Virus record (IMG/VR): IMGVR_UViG_3300031133_000402
Reading direction: 5' to 3' (one strand)
Source of the DNA: an uncultured virus (IMG/VR IMGVR_UViG_3300031133_000402)
Lineage: Duplodnaviria > Heunggongvirae > Uroviricota > Caudoviricetes
DNA: 64,000 nucleotides
Part shown: positions 51,196 through 60,718 of the stretch, one piece after another
Numbering within the stretch: the first letter of the stretch is position 1
Layout: every line of letters starts with the position of its first letter
Translations under genes and position numbers: made by a program
The notes under the pieces: model-generated
Seen by the model: only the letters and a program-made list of their open reading frames with translations
Databases searched by the model: none
Told to the model about the DNA's origin: nothing

Positions 51196-51218
51196 GTCTT
51201 TTTCCGCTCCCGCAGGCG

Positions 51219-51533
51219 TCACGCCGCCGCCGTCCCGGCGATGCGTGCCTCCTCCGTCTCGCGGCGCAGGATGGGCGCCGCGTCGAGGAAGTGCGTGATG
51301 ACCGGACGGTCCGATCCGCCGTCCGTCAGCGCGATCATAGTGCCGACCGCGTTGGGCATGCGGGCCGCCATGTAGCGCAGACGGCGCTCGTAGGGCACGA
51401 TCACCTCGAAGGCCTCCACCGGCACGCCGTCGAGGATGGCGTCGGTGCACGTGACGAGCAGATCGTGACGGTTGTCGGGAGACGCGCGGTGCGTCGCCGC
51501 TCGTGCGGTGAATCGCAGACGAGGCGCGCTCAT
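51219..51533 (-). CDS. Hypothetical protein
   Basis: ATGA coupled. Confidence 0.6.
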   Translation of the reverse strand: MSAPRLRFTARAATHRASPDNRHDLLVTCTDAILDGVPVEAFEVIVPYERRLRYMAARMPNAVGTMIALTDGGSDRPVITHFLDAAPILRRETEEARIAGTAAA

Positions 51534-51934
51534 GCCGCCTTGTCCAGCGCGACGGCCGAGGCGTCAATGCGCGCGAGCGTCATGAGCAGGCCTCCCACGC
51601 GCTCGCCGATGGTGGTGGTCGACGGGTTGACGTGCAGCGCGGCGACGATGTCGAGGCAGGCCCTCACCGCGCACGTCTGCGCGCGGTGGCCCTTCGGCGT
51701 GACGCGCACCGACGCGATCTCCGCGGCCATCTCGTCGCTCACGTCGCAGCGGCCCTGCGCCAGGGCCGACAGGCCGGTCAGCAGGCCTTCGCGGGCGGCG
51801 TGGGTGCGTCCGGCGTCGATGGCGATGGCCGCCGCGACGACCGACTTGATGATCTGGTCGGTCGTCGTGCCGTGCGCGCGGTGGAGCCGCCCCAGGCTCA
51901 TCGCGTCGAGCGAAGGTGCGATGGTCATGTCCAT
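51530..51934 (-). CDS. Hypothetical protein
   Basis: GGGGAAAAGACC RBS. Confidence 0.7.
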   Translation of the reverse strand: MDMTIAPSLDAMSLGRLHRAHGTTTDQIIKSVVAAAIAIDAGRTHAAREGLLTGLSALAQGRCDVSDEMAAEIASVRVTPKGHRAQTCAVRACLDIVAALHVNPSTTTIGERVGGLLMTLARIDASAVALDKAA

Positions 51935-51984
51935 GGTCTTTTCCCCGTGTTCCCGGTGTTCCGCTTCACAGATCCACGTCCGGA

Positions 51985-52683
51985 TCAGGCCGCCCTGCTC
52001 GCCCTGGGCGGGTAGTGCGCGTGGCGCGCCCGCTCGAGGTCCGCCGCGGTCAGCGCCCGCATGTCGACGTCGAGCATCAGCTGCGACGCGAAGCCGGGCT
52101 CGCCGACGCGCGCCTCGCGGATGACGATGTCGAAGGCGTTCAGCGCCGGATGGTCCACCAGGTCGCGCAGACGCCTGCCGGCGGAGGCGACGATCACCGT
52201 GTCGGGCACGTCGTGGATCAGAAGCGAGCCGTTCCCGTACCAGACCACCGGATCGGCTTCGTCCGTCAGCGCGATGCGCGTGGTGTTGAGCCCCGATCCC
52301 GTATGCTCGTCCACATCGATCTCTATCGTGTCGAGGAAGCGCCGCTTGATCGTTCTGACGTCGACCGACATCGCGAACCAGGCGGCCGCCAGCGGATCGA
52401 TCCCCGATTCCACCAGCAGAGCCGCCGTGACCGCGTCCAGGCACCCGACCTCGCATTGGTCGAAATTGCGCACCAGATGCTTGGCGCGCAGCAGCGGGAC
52501 GATGTCCTCGGCCTGCCTGGTCGACAGACCGCACAGCGCGACGTTGACGATGTTTATGGCGTCGCGTCTGTCCGCCAGTCCCGCCAGCCCGAACAGGGCG
52601 CTGTTCTGCGCGTCCGCGATGATCGCCTTGTGCGAGGCCGCATCCAGCTGCGAGTCCGTCCGCGTCTTGGCCCAGCTCTTCAC
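51985..52683 (-). CDS. PET-GR-L paralog family member, short type
   Basis: SGIDPLAAA; VPDTVIVASAGRRLRDLVDHPALN; GTGA coupled. Confidence 0.85.
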   Translation of the reverse strand: MKSWAKTRTDSQLDAASHKAIIADAQNSALFGLAGLADRRDAINIVNVALCGLSTRQAEDIVPLLRAKHLVRNFDQCEVGCLDAVTAALLVESGIDPLAAAWFAMSVDVRTIKRRFLDTIEIDVDEHTGSGLNTTRIALTDEADPVVWYGNGSLLIHDVPDTVIVASAGRRLRDLVDHPALNAFDIVIREARVGEPGFASQLMLDVDMRALTAADLERARHAHYPPRASRAA

Positions 52684-52946
52684 AGGCCGCCTCCGCGTGC
52701 GTAGTCCCTGCTGCAGGTGACGCACAGCCCGCCGGGTGCCGCCTCCAGATCGAAGTTCAGCGCCGTCGCGACGACGATGCCGACGCCGACCGAGGCGGCG
52801 ACGACGCCTTCGTAGAGGCCCGAGAGCGATGGAGGCGCGAAGTGCCTGCCCGCGTTGGGCACGGCCTTCATGCCGCAGGCCGTCGTCAGGCCCTGACTCG
52901 AATGGGTGGCCAGCAGATGGGTGCGGAGCGGTCGTCGTGATGCCAT
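52680..52946 (-). CDS. Small hypothetical protein, possibly zinc-binding
   Basis: H...TACG...CVTC. Confidence 0.6.
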   Translation of the reverse strand: MASRRPLRTHLLATHSSQGLTTACGMKAVPNAGRHFAPPSLSGLYEGVVAASVGVGIVVATALNFDLEAAPGGLCVTCSRDYARGGGL

Positions 52947-52948
52947 GA

Positions 52949-53365
52949 TTACCATTCCTCGACGGTGTGGATGACGGCGGAGGCCGCGAGCAGCTCCCAG
53001 GTCGGATTGTCGGAAGGCTCGCCCGCCCAGTAGCGGCGCGCGAGCTCCACGATTGCCGGATCGTCGACGGGCCATCCGTCTGAGACGAGGCAGTCCATCC
53101 TCGTCGCCCATTCCATGTCGTGACGCTGCACGTCTCCGCGGGGCTCGACCCCGAACAGCCACTCGCAGTGGGCGCCGGCGTTGTCGCAGTCCTGGGCATC
53201 GTTGCACATGAACACCGCGTCGCGGTGGGCGAGGCTGCCTTCCGGGCGCAGATCCTCGAGGATGCGCCCGACCCCGTATGCGGACCAGCGCTTCTCGTAG
53301 TCCGGCCGGGGCGCGAGGATGGTGCCGACCGGAAGCCGGACGGCGGATGCATGCCAGTGTTTCAT
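52949..53365 (-). CDS. Hypothetical protein with Arr/ART-like N-terminus (tentative)
   Basis: WHAS..LPVGTILAP...RP...R..AVF...YW.G...WE. Confidence 0.6.
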   Translation of the reverse strand: MKHWHASAVRLPVGTILAPRPDYEKRWSAYGVGRILEDLRPEGSLAHRDAVFMCNDAQDCDNAGAHCEWLFGVEPRGDVQRHDMEWATRMDCLVSDGWPVDDPAIVELARRYWAGEPSDNPTWELLAASAVIHTVEEW

Positions 53366-53387
53366 GCGTGCTCCCGTATCGGGGTTG

Positions 53388-53699
53388 TCAGGCCTGGCGC
53401 CGTTCCATGTCCTCGAACGCCGTGGCGACGTCGAGGCGCAGGAGCAGGCAGCGCATGCCGGGGCGGGGCGGGTTCGCCGGATCGCGGACCGTGCGCGGCT
53501 CGATGGTCGGCAGGCCTGCGCCTTCGAGCATGGCGTTCAGACGGGGGACGTCGTCGCGTTCGACTTCGTCGCAGGTCAGCGCGGTCCGCGTCTCGACGGC
53601 CGGGTCGTCGCTCATGTCGTCGCATGCGTTCAGCTTGGTGAGCACGCGCATGGCGTCCTCGAGCATGTCTGCCTTCACCATTCCGTTTTCCTCAATCAT
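53388..53699 (-). CDS. Hypothetical protein
   Basis: ATGA coupled. Confidence 0.65.
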   Translation of the reverse strand: MIEENGMVKADMLEDAMRVLTKLNACDDMSDDPAVETRTALTCDEVERDDVPRLNAMLEGAGLPTIEPRTVRDPANPPRPGMRCLLLRLDVATAFEDMERRQA

Positions 53700-54265
53700 G
53701 GAATCTCCACGGCCGTCGCGATGGGCATGAATCCCTCTTCGGCAGGCTGCCGCACGCGCACGGTCACCTGGCGCCCGCACGCTGCGGCCACCCCGGCGTC
53801 GATCTGGACGCTGCGGGCGAAGCAGATCAGCGGTCCGTAGGTGTCGAACTCGCCGACGACGTCGATGGTCATGATCTCCCCGTCGTCGCGGCCGCCGCCG
53901 GGACGCGGTTGGACGGTGCCGACGATCTCCTCGGGAATGGACCGTCCGCCGATGCGACGCCGAGGGCGTCCGCCGCCGGTGCCGCCGCGCCGCGTCGAGC
54001 CGAAGCCCACGGTCGAGAACGCCGTGTCGACTAAGTCGTCGAATATGTCGCCGAAACCCTTCGCCCTGGTGGGAGGCGCAGGCTCCGCCTTCTGTGCCTC
54101 GGGTGCGCCGAAGGCCCGCGTGGCCACGTCGTTCCATGTGAGCTTGCGCGTCCTGAGGATGGCCGACGCCGCGCGGAAGGCGGCGATCGCCTCGTGGTCA
54201 CCCGCCGTGCTGGTGACGCCCATCATGCCGATCGCGGCGATCAGGCGCTTGTCTTCGTCGGCCAA
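53696..54265 (-). CDS. Hypothetical protein with DUF2786-like N-terminus (tentative)
   Basis: GGGGAAGAGG-TTG start; DHEAIAAFRAA..IL...LTWNDV. Confidence 0.6.
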   Translation of the reverse strand: MADEDKRLIAAIGMMGVTSTAGDHEAIAAFRAASAILRTRKLTWNDVATRAFGAPEAQKAEPAPPTRAKGFGDIFDDLVDTAFSTVGFGSTRRGGTGGGRPRRRIGGRSIPEEIVGTVQPRPGGGRDDGEIMTIDVVGEFDTYGPLICFARSVQIDAGVAAACGRQVTVRVRQPAEEGFMPIATAVEIP

Positions 54266-54341
54266 GGCCTCTTCCCCTTCGTTGGCGTCTCGTCCATTCC
54301 CTGCCCACTGCTCTGCAGGAAGGATGCGGAAGTCGAGGCCG

Positions 54342-54560
54342 TCAGTGCGCGGTCCGCAGGTAGACCATGGCGCCGTCCACCTGCATGGCGGTAACCATCC
54401 CGTGGTCGACGAGGTCGCCCACCACCGCACCGCAGTCCTCGCCGGCGATCAGCGCCAGCTGCGCGTAGCCGATCGGGGTGCCGTCCGTCGGCAAGGCCGA
54501 CATGACGGCGATGCGCGCGGCCAGAAGGGGGCGTCCCGGCGTGAGATCCATGCGATGCAT
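54342..54560 (-). CDS. Small winged-helix-like protein (tentative)
   Basis: LVDHGMV motif, RBS. Confidence 0.5.
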   Translation of the reverse strand: MHRMDLTPGRPLLAARIAVMSALPTDGTPIGYAQLALIAGEDCGAVVGDLVDHGMVTAMQVDGAMVYLRTAH

Positions 54561-54617
54561 TTTTCCGCTCCTCAGGCTTATTTTTGCATAGAAGCCTCCA
54601 TCCGGAAAGTGCCGTCT

Positions 54618-55259
54618 TCACGCCGGGCGTGACGCCCTCGTCAGAGCTGCGAGCTGGTCGTCGTCCAGATGCGGTCCGGCACCCGACACGAGCAGCGTCG
54701 TGTGCGCCTCCGATGTCTCCTCGAGGTCCGCGACGCCCACCACGACCAGTGGCATCGCGTCGAGCACGGGATGCGCGACGAGGTCGCGCAGACGGCGGCC
54801 GCTGCATCCGGCCACCACCGTGTCGGGCAGCCTGGGCATCTGGATCAGCGTCTGCCGTCCCGTGACGACGCTCAGGTCTCCGTCGTGGATCGTGTGCACC
54901 ATCGCATCCGGCAGCAGGAGCACCACGCGATCGCCGTCCGCATCGGTCATGCCGATGCCGCGCGCGGCCTTGGCGATGCGCGCTATGCGCAGGGGATCGA
55001 CGCCGTGCCGCAGCAGCATGCGCGCGGTCAGTTCGTCGATCTCGAGACGCGGGCCGTCCGGCATTGTCTCGTGCCCCAGCAGCATGCGCCGGCAGATCTC
55101 GGCGACCATGGGCGTCTCTATCTCGGAGTGATGGTCGTCCTTGTATCGCCTGATCTTGTCGGCGGGGATGAAACGGGCGAGACCGAGCCCATCGTCGTTG
55201 GATGCGAACGCCTTGAACACGAGGCGCTCGACGTCGTCGTACTCCAGCCAGAGATCCAT
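54618..55259 (-). CDS. PET-GR-L paralog family member, short type
   Basis: HGVDPLRIA; LPDTVVAGCSGRRLRDLVAHPVLD. Confidence 0.85.
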   Translation of the reverse strand: MDLWLEYDDVERLVFKAFASNDDGLGLARFIPADKIRRYKDDHHSEIETPMVAEICRRMLLGHETMPDGPRLEIDELTARMLLRHGVDPLRIARIAKAARGIGMTDADGDRVVLLLPDAMVHTIHDGDLSVVTGRQTLIQMPRLPDTVVAGCSGRRLRDLVAHPVLDAMPLVVVGVADLEETSEAHTTLLVSGAGPHLDDDQLAALTRASRPA

Positions 55260-55269
55260 GCGCGTTCCT

Positions 55270-55926
55270 TCAGGTCGTGGGGGCGAGCGCTTCGAGGGCC
55301 TCGCGGGTCAGCGCGACGTCTCGGGTATCGAGGACGACGCCGATGTTGAGCATGTCGCCGAACTCGTCCGGCTCGGCGGTGGCGATCCTGACGTCGAGGC
55401 GGTCCATGGCGGGATGCGACACGACGTCGCGCAGGCGCCTGCCGATCATCGCGGCGAGGACGGAGGCGGGCGTGTTCCTGTGCTCGGCCCCCTCCAGCCG
55501 GATCGACGCGATGTCCATCTCCGTCCAGGAGAACCCCTCCGCGTAGACGCTGCACACGGCGAGGTCGCGGTGCGTCATTATCCGCATGTCGTCGCCGCGC
55601 ACCAGCGTCATGATGTCGATCATGCTCCCGAGCGCCGCCACGGCGACCGGATGCACGCCCTGATGCGCGATCAGTCGCGCGGCGACGGCGTTCATCGGCA
55701 TCATCGCGTGTCCGGCGGGCACCGCGATGCGGCCGTCGAGCAGCTTTCGCGTGAACGCCTGCAGATCGTCCTCGACGGACAGCGTGACGTCGCACGGCGG
55801 GGTGTTCGCCGCGAAGCCGATCGTGTCGCCGCCCGGCGAACGCACCACCTCGACGAGCTTCGCCGTCGAGAAGTCGCTGACCTCCACCGATCTGGGGCGG
55901 ACGGGCTGTCCATGCCGTGTGCTCAT
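55270..55926 (-). CDS. PET-GR-L paralog family member, short type
   Basis: QGVHPVAVAAL; PASVLAAMIGRRLRDVVSHPAMD. Confidence 0.85.
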   Translation of the reverse strand: MSTRHGQPVRPRSVEVSDFSTAKLVEVVRSPGGDTIGFAANTPPCDVTLSVEDDLQAFTRKLLDGRIAVPAGHAMMPMNAVAARLIAHQGVHPVAVAALGSMIDIMTLVRGDDMRIMTHRDLAVCSVYAEGFSWTEMDIASIRLEGAEHRNTPASVLAAMIGRRLRDVVSHPAMDRLDVRIATAEPDEFGDMLNIGVVLDTRDVALTREALEALAPTT

Positions 55927-55974
55927 GCGGGATTCCTCCGGTACGCGAGATGGCCGGGTCGTACGGCGTCGGGA

Positions 55975-56409
55975 TCAGGCCGCACCGACGTCTGCCGGCG
56001 GGCAAAGACCGGCCCGCTCGTCCATCCGCGCCATCTCGATCAGTGCGCGGCGGCGCCGGCGGTCGATGCGCCGCCGGTCCTTGGCCCAGACCTCTGGCCC
56101 CTCGCGTCGCGCCAGCAGCTGCTTGATGGCGCGCAGCGTCGGCATGTACCGGAAGTGGCGATCGCGGTACGCGACGCCGTCGACCTCGTACGTCGGGCCC
56201 CAGGTCTCGATGCCCTTGTACTCGTAGTCGACGCCGACGTGCTCGAGCGGCACGTGCAGGGTGCCGTCGCGGCCGTTGACGATGACCGCCGTGTCGCCCT
56301 CGATCCGCGAGATGCGGCCGTAGGAGACGAAGTCGCGCTCGCGCCGGTCGTAGGCGACGTCGTTGCGGCGCGGGGCGCGTCTGGGGCCGACGTCGCTCAG
56401 GAAGCGCAC
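55975..56409 (-). CDS. Hypothetical protein
   Basis: AGGAG-GTG start VRFLSD. Confidence 0.65.
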   Translation of the reverse strand: MRFLSDVGPRRAPRRNDVAYDRRERDFVSYGRISRIEGDTAVIVNGRDGTLHVPLEHVGVDYEYKGIETWGPTYEVDGVAYRDRHFRYMPTLRAIKQLLARREGPEVWAKDRRRIDRRRRRALIEMARMDERAGLCPPADVGAA

Positions 56410-56819
56410 GTCTGCGGCTCCTTGTTGCCCGACGCCTGGTTGGCGAGCAGGATCGCATGGAGACGCACGTCGGCTTCGTTCGCGCCTTCCATCGACGAAT
56501 CCGCCGCGATGGTCTCCGCCAGATCGTCGATGTGCTCCTGCAGTTCGTCGTCGTCGTAGTAGCCGGGGTGCTCGCACAGCTCGTCCGTCGGATCGGTCGA
56601 ATTCAGCGTCCGCTCGTCGAACGGGATGCCGTGCTTGCGCAGGTCGGCCGCGACCGCTGCTGCGGCCTCCTCCGGCGTATCCGCCTCGCGGGTGAACTCG
56701 ACGAACATCATGCCGCCCTTGAACACCCATTCGCCGTCGATGAGCCCGGCGTCGTAAGCCGCGTCGGCCTGGTCCTCGGGACGGCCGATCATCCAGTAGC
56801 GCACCGTATGCATGGCCAT
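56397..56819 (-). CDS. Hypothetical acidic protein
   Basis: AAGGAG RBS. Confidence 0.7.
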   Translation of the reverse strand: MAMHTVRYWMIGRPEDQADAAYDAGLIDGEWVFKGGMMFVEFTREADTPEEAAAAVAADLRKHGIPFDERTLNSTDPTDELCEHPGYYDDDELQEHIDDLAETIAADSSMEGANEADVRLHAILLANQASGNKEPQTCAS

Positions 56820-56866
56820 GGTCGTTCTCCTTATCTGATGTTGGTCGAAGTGATCTCGTATGGTGG

Positions 56867-57343
56867 TCAGGTTCGGAGCGGATGCGTGGTCCATTCCGGT
56901 TCGATGGTAAGGATGGTGCGTCCGCCGTCCTCGTCGAGGACGACCGAAGCCACCCGCGCGTGCGAAAGGCCGGGGATCGCGTCATCGCCCAGCACCTCGC
57001 CGATCGTTCTGCCCGTCGCGACCGCCATGAGCGTTTCCGGCACCAGCATGTCGCCGATGGACACGGAGGGCGGCGTGGCCGACCCCGCGAAGCGATCGGC
57101 TCCGCTGACCCAGACGTCCGTTCCCGTCAGGCGTGCCGTGGCCTCGACCAGCGTGGCCTCGTCACCGTCCACCAGAGCCATGAAGAACGGCCTTCGGCTT
57201 GGCGGCATCGTCGACCATTCGAATTCGGGCTCGCCGACGTACTCCAGCCGCTCGGCGATCTGCTCGATCGTCTCGCCGGCCCTCTCGATGAACCATCTGG
57301 AGACGACGTCGATGCGCAGACGCGTGAATGGCGGCTCTCCCAC
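56867..57343 (-). CDS. PET-GR-L paralog family member, minimal
   Basis: LRIDVVSRW; VPETLMAVATGRTIGEVL...IEPEW. Confidence 0.75.
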   Translation of the reverse strand: MGEPPFTRLRIDVVSRWFIERAGETIEQIAERLEYVGEPEFEWSTMPPSRRPFFMALVDGDEATLVEATARLTGTDVWVSGADRFAGSATPPSVSIGDMLVPETLMAVATGRTIGEVLGDDAIPGLSHARVASVVLDEDGGRTILTIEPEWTTHPLRT

Positions 57344-57475
57344 GTCTTTTCTCCGGATCGTTCATTCCACCAGGCCCACCGCCGTCTGTGCCACACGTCC
57401 TGCGTTGCGCCATACGGGTCATGCGGGGTCGTTTTCAGGATGACGTTCGACGTCTTCCGTAGTACGTATCCAGAC

Positions 57476-58717
57476 ATGATCACACGTCGTCTTCTAGTCG
57501 CCATGTCGCTGCTGGCCACCGCCTCCCCCGTGCTGGGGCAGGATCTGGTCGTCATGCGCCGGGTGATATCGCCAGCATCCATCACGAACGCACCGTCCAA
57601 GCAGGTGGGCCAGTGGAAGGAGAACGACTGGCGGTGGGCGGCCGACGCTCCGACCTGTTCCCTGGCGGCGCCCATGGTGCGCACGCCCACGTGCGTGGCG
57701 GGAGGCATCGTCGTGCCGGATGCCCGGTGCGCGGCGGCTCGACCGTCGACCACCATGAACATGGAACGTCTGCAGGGGTGCACGACGCTGTGGACCGAAG
57801 GCGGCTTCGGCGACTACTCGCCCAGCTGTTCGGCGAAGGCCGTCAAGTCGCAGACGGTCCAGTGCCAGCGCTTCGGGGACGGCATGCCCCGTGCCGTGGT
57901 CGACGACGCGCTGTGCTCCGCGCGGCCCAAGCCCGCTTCGCGAACCGAACCCGCCATCTGGTACGGCGGATGCGGCTACGACTGGTCGACGACCCGCGCC
58001 CAGTGCTCGGCGGACGGACGGCGCGCCGTCACGGCGGTGTGCGTGCGATCGGGTGGCGACACGTCGCCCACCCCCGTCCCGGACGGCGAATGCGCCGAGA
58101 TCAAGCCGGTCGACGTCGCCGATGCCTCGTGCGCCCTCACCTACGCATGGGCGGAGGCGAGCACGACGCCCTGGAGCAGCACGTGTGCGTATAACGCGAC
58201 ACGCACGGTCACGTGGCGCTGTGACAGGTCTGACGGCGTCAAGGGCGCCTCGGAGACGCTGTGCGGCGCCAAGCCGTCGCCGCAGGTGACGCAAGCCGTA
58301 TACGAGAGTTGCGAAAGTCTCATTCTTAATCCCGGATTCGAGACCTCGTCCGCTTGGACGTTGAGAGGTGGCTCATACTCTACGGATTTCAGCCACAGCG
58401 GCGCCAGGAGCATATTCATCAACGGATACGGCAACAGCGTCGGTGGCAACGAGATTCCCGTGAACATAAGGAGCAACTACATAGTCTCATTCTATGCGAA
58501 GGGTGGCCAGTTTGGTCATCCTTTGGCTTCGAGCAGCTATGTCACTACCGTGTTGAAGGGGAATTGCGCCGGGTCATTGTGTAGTGGCGGGGCATCATGG
58601 TCCTTGATCGAGATCAAGGTGAATACCGCCCTTCATAATACGATTGGCATAGGCTTTTCTGGGTGGAATGGATCTGGCGCCTATATCGACGACGTATCGA
58701 TAAGACCCGCGCCCTGA
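57476..58717 (+). CDS. Secreted TSP1-repeat protein with C-terminal carbohydrate-binding-like domain, VVMRRVI family
   Basis: Signal peptide ending VLG|QDLVVMRRVI; 4 TSP1-like repeats; LILNPGFE...YIDDVSI jelly-roll-like cap. Confidence 0.85.
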   Translation: MITRRLLVAMSLLATASPVLGQDLVVMRRVISPASITNAPSKQVGQWKENDWRWAADAPTCSLAAPMVRTPTCVAGGIVVPDARCAAARPSTTMNMERLQGCTTLWTEGGFGDYSPSCSAKAVKSQTVQCQRFGDGMPRAVVDDALCSARPKPASRTEPAIWYGGCGYDWSTTRAQCSADGRRAVTAVCVRSGGDTSPTPVPDGECAEIKPVDVADASCALTYAWAEASTTPWSSTCAYNATRTVTWRCDRSDGVKGASETLCGAKPSPQVTQAVYESCESLILNPGFETSSAWTLRGGSYSTDFSHSGARSIFINGYGNSVGGNEIPVNIRSNYIVSFYAKGGQFGHPLASSSYVTTVLKGNCAGSLCSGGASWSLIEIKVNTALHNTIGIGFSGWNGSGAYIDDVSIRPAP

Positions 58718-58850
58718 TGCCCCCACGTTGTTATGTAAAGCTTTCACGTCGATGGAATGGAAAGGGCGCCTGCATGGACGATTTTCCCATTGTGGCCGCG
58801 TCGTGACGCATGCTCCCACGCAGCGAATGAATGTGTTCAGCGTGCAGTGA

Positions 58851-59351
58851 TCAGGCCTGCGTGCCGGTCATCCAGCCGTCCCGGGCATCGTGGATCTGCC
58901 AATCCGGGTCGAGCGCCATCTCCAGCATGCCGTACTCGTTGATGAAGACGGCGGTGACGATGGCGTGACGCATGCCTGCGAGCAGTCGGCAGTCGACGAC
59001 ATCCGACAGGGGCCGACCGACCACGGCCGCCATCGTCGTGTCGGGAATCTCCGTGAACAATCGGATGCACGCGGGCGACAGCTCGCCGTCCTCGACCTGC
59101 GTGGCCATGATCTCGCCCTTGCAGGTGCGGTCCAGCCACTCGCCGCCGGATACCAGCGTCGCGGAACCGCCGTGGTGCGTGGTGATGTCGAAGATGGGCC
59201 TGGGCGCGTCGCCGCGCACGGTGAACTCCACGTCGGTCGCATGCGTGTGCATCATGCGATCCATGATCTCGGCGAGCGTCGTGCGGTGGCGTTCGATGAT
59301 GCAGCGGGTCACGACGTCGGTGCGGACCCTGGTGGGGACCGACGGCTTCAC
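58851..59351 (-). CDS. PET-GR-L paralog family member, minimal
   Basis: VRTDVVTR; IPDTTMAAVVGRPLSDVV...LDPDW; GTGA coupled. Confidence 0.8.
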   Translation of the reverse strand: MKPSVPTRVRTDVVTRCIIERHRTTLAEIMDRMMHTHATDVEFTVRGDAPRPIFDITTHHGGSATLVSGGEWLDRTCKGEIMATQVEDGELSPACIRLFTEIPDTTMAAVVGRPLSDVVDCRLLAGMRHAIVTAVFINEYGMLEMALDPDWQIHDARDGWMTGTQA

Positions 59352-59737
59352 GCCGCCTTCCGGGGCTCGTACACGGTCAGCTCGGCCATTGCCTCGACGC
59401 GGTCCTGCTCGGTCCAGCGCCGTCCCCAGTTGTTGCGTCCGCCGAAGTGGCCGTTGTACCGGGCCGAGTCCTTCTTGAGCTGGCGCAGGCTGGTGAAGGC
59501 CGACCACACGGGCTTGCGGCCGCGGTGGTTGCCCGGCTCGCGCCCCCACAGCCAGCGTCCGCGATAGTCGCTGCGCATGAGCTGGTCGTCGCGGTAGAGG
59601 GTGACGTGCTTGCCGCAGTCGATCACGATGACGTGGTTCTCGTCGACCCGCTTCCAGACGCGGCCGGGCCAGAAGCCGCGCGAGCCGTCGCGCTCGCAGA
59701 CGATGTCGTTGTGGCGGAGGTCGGGTGTCCGGCTCAA
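59348..59737 (-). CDS. Hypothetical basic protein
   Basis: AGGAG-TTG start. Confidence 0.65.
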   Translation of the reverse strand: MSRTPDLRHNDIVCERDGSRGFWPGRVWKRVDENHVIVIDCGKHVTLYRDDQLMRSDYRGRWLWGREPGNHRGRKPVWSAFTSLRQLKKDSARYNGHFGGRNNWGRRWTEQDRVEAMAELTVYEPRKAA

Positions 59738-59800
59738 TGATTTTCTCCTGATGCGAGATTCGTTTCTACCGATGCGCGAACGAGGTGAAGCCTGCATGCC

Positions 59801-60718
59801 TCATGCGGCCAACCCCACCAAGACGCCCTTGGACAGCCGCCGCGCCATCTCGATCATCCTTCCACGAACGAGGTCGTGGTCGAGCACCGTTTCCGCCGGA
59901 CGCCCCGGCAGGGCGTCGATGTACACCTCCGGAGGGCATGCCGTCATCGTGATCGACCGGGCGCTGATCGAGCATTCCGCGTAGTGCAGCGTCGCACCCA
60001 CCTGCATGCGGCGGCTCACCTTGAACACGGCCTTGGGCGCATGTTCGACGTGGGACAGCCGCACCGTGCGCGTGAAGTCGTCGTTCGCGCCGATCTCATC
60101 CGTCAGCAGATTCGAACGATGCGTCTCCATCTCGTCCACCAGACGGTCGTACGCGTCCCTCGGCAGCAGGTAGGCGACCCGACGGGAGAAGGGGGACCAG
60201 TCTATGCCCCGGGCGATGGCCGCCCGATCCTCTTCGTGCACCTTTCCCAGCCTGGCCATGGCCTCGCGGACCTGACGCGCCGGATCGGTCAGCTTCACGA
60301 TGCGCATGCCGCGATGACGGCCAAGCGAGATCTGGATGCCGTCCAGACCGACATGCACGAGGAAGTGCTCGATCGAATCCGCGCCGACGTGATTCGTGTC
60401 GATGCCGAACATCCTGGTGTCGAAGCCGTTCGCCACGGCCAGGATCGCGCCTTCGGCCGCCGCGAAGGCGACGTAGGGCGTTCCCGCCAGCAATGGTGGT
60501 TGTCCACCGCCGTGCCACTGGCCCTGGGTGGACAGGCGGTGACCCAGGCCGGCTCCGCCCATGAGACGCGACGTGGCCGTCCATTCGCGCAGCAGATGCT
60601 TGACGCTGTCGTGCGTGTTCCAGCCGGGCAGGACGACGTCCAGACCCTCGAACTCCACGCGGTAGTGCCCCTCCGCGGTGGGACCGGGACGACGCCGGTG
60701 GACTATGTCCCGCCTCAT
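59801..60718 (-). CDS. Hypothetical protein with divergent PET-GR-L C-terminal domain
   Basis: PPEVYIDALPGRPAETVLDHDLVRGRMI; ATGA coupled. Confidence 0.7.
   Translation of the reverse strand: MRRDIVHRRRPGPTAEGHYRVEFEGLDVVLPGWNTHDSVKHLLREWTATSRLMGGAGLGHRLSTQGQWHGGGQPPLLAGTPYVAFAAAEGAILAVANGFDTRMFGIDTNHVGADSIEHFLVHVGLDGIQISLGRHRGMRIVKLTDPARQVREAMARLGKVHEEDRAAIARGIDWSPFSRRVAYLLPRDAYDRLVDEMETHRSNLLTDEIGANDDFTRTVRLSHVEHAPKAVFKVSRRMQVGATLHYAECSISARSITMTACPPEVYIDALPGRPAETVLDHDLVRGRMIEMARRLSKGVLVGLAA

Noticed and set aside
56882..57475. N-terminal 198 aa of the 611-aa plus-strand ORF
   Set aside because: Overlaps the minus-strand family gene; the signal peptide indicates the real start is ATG 57476
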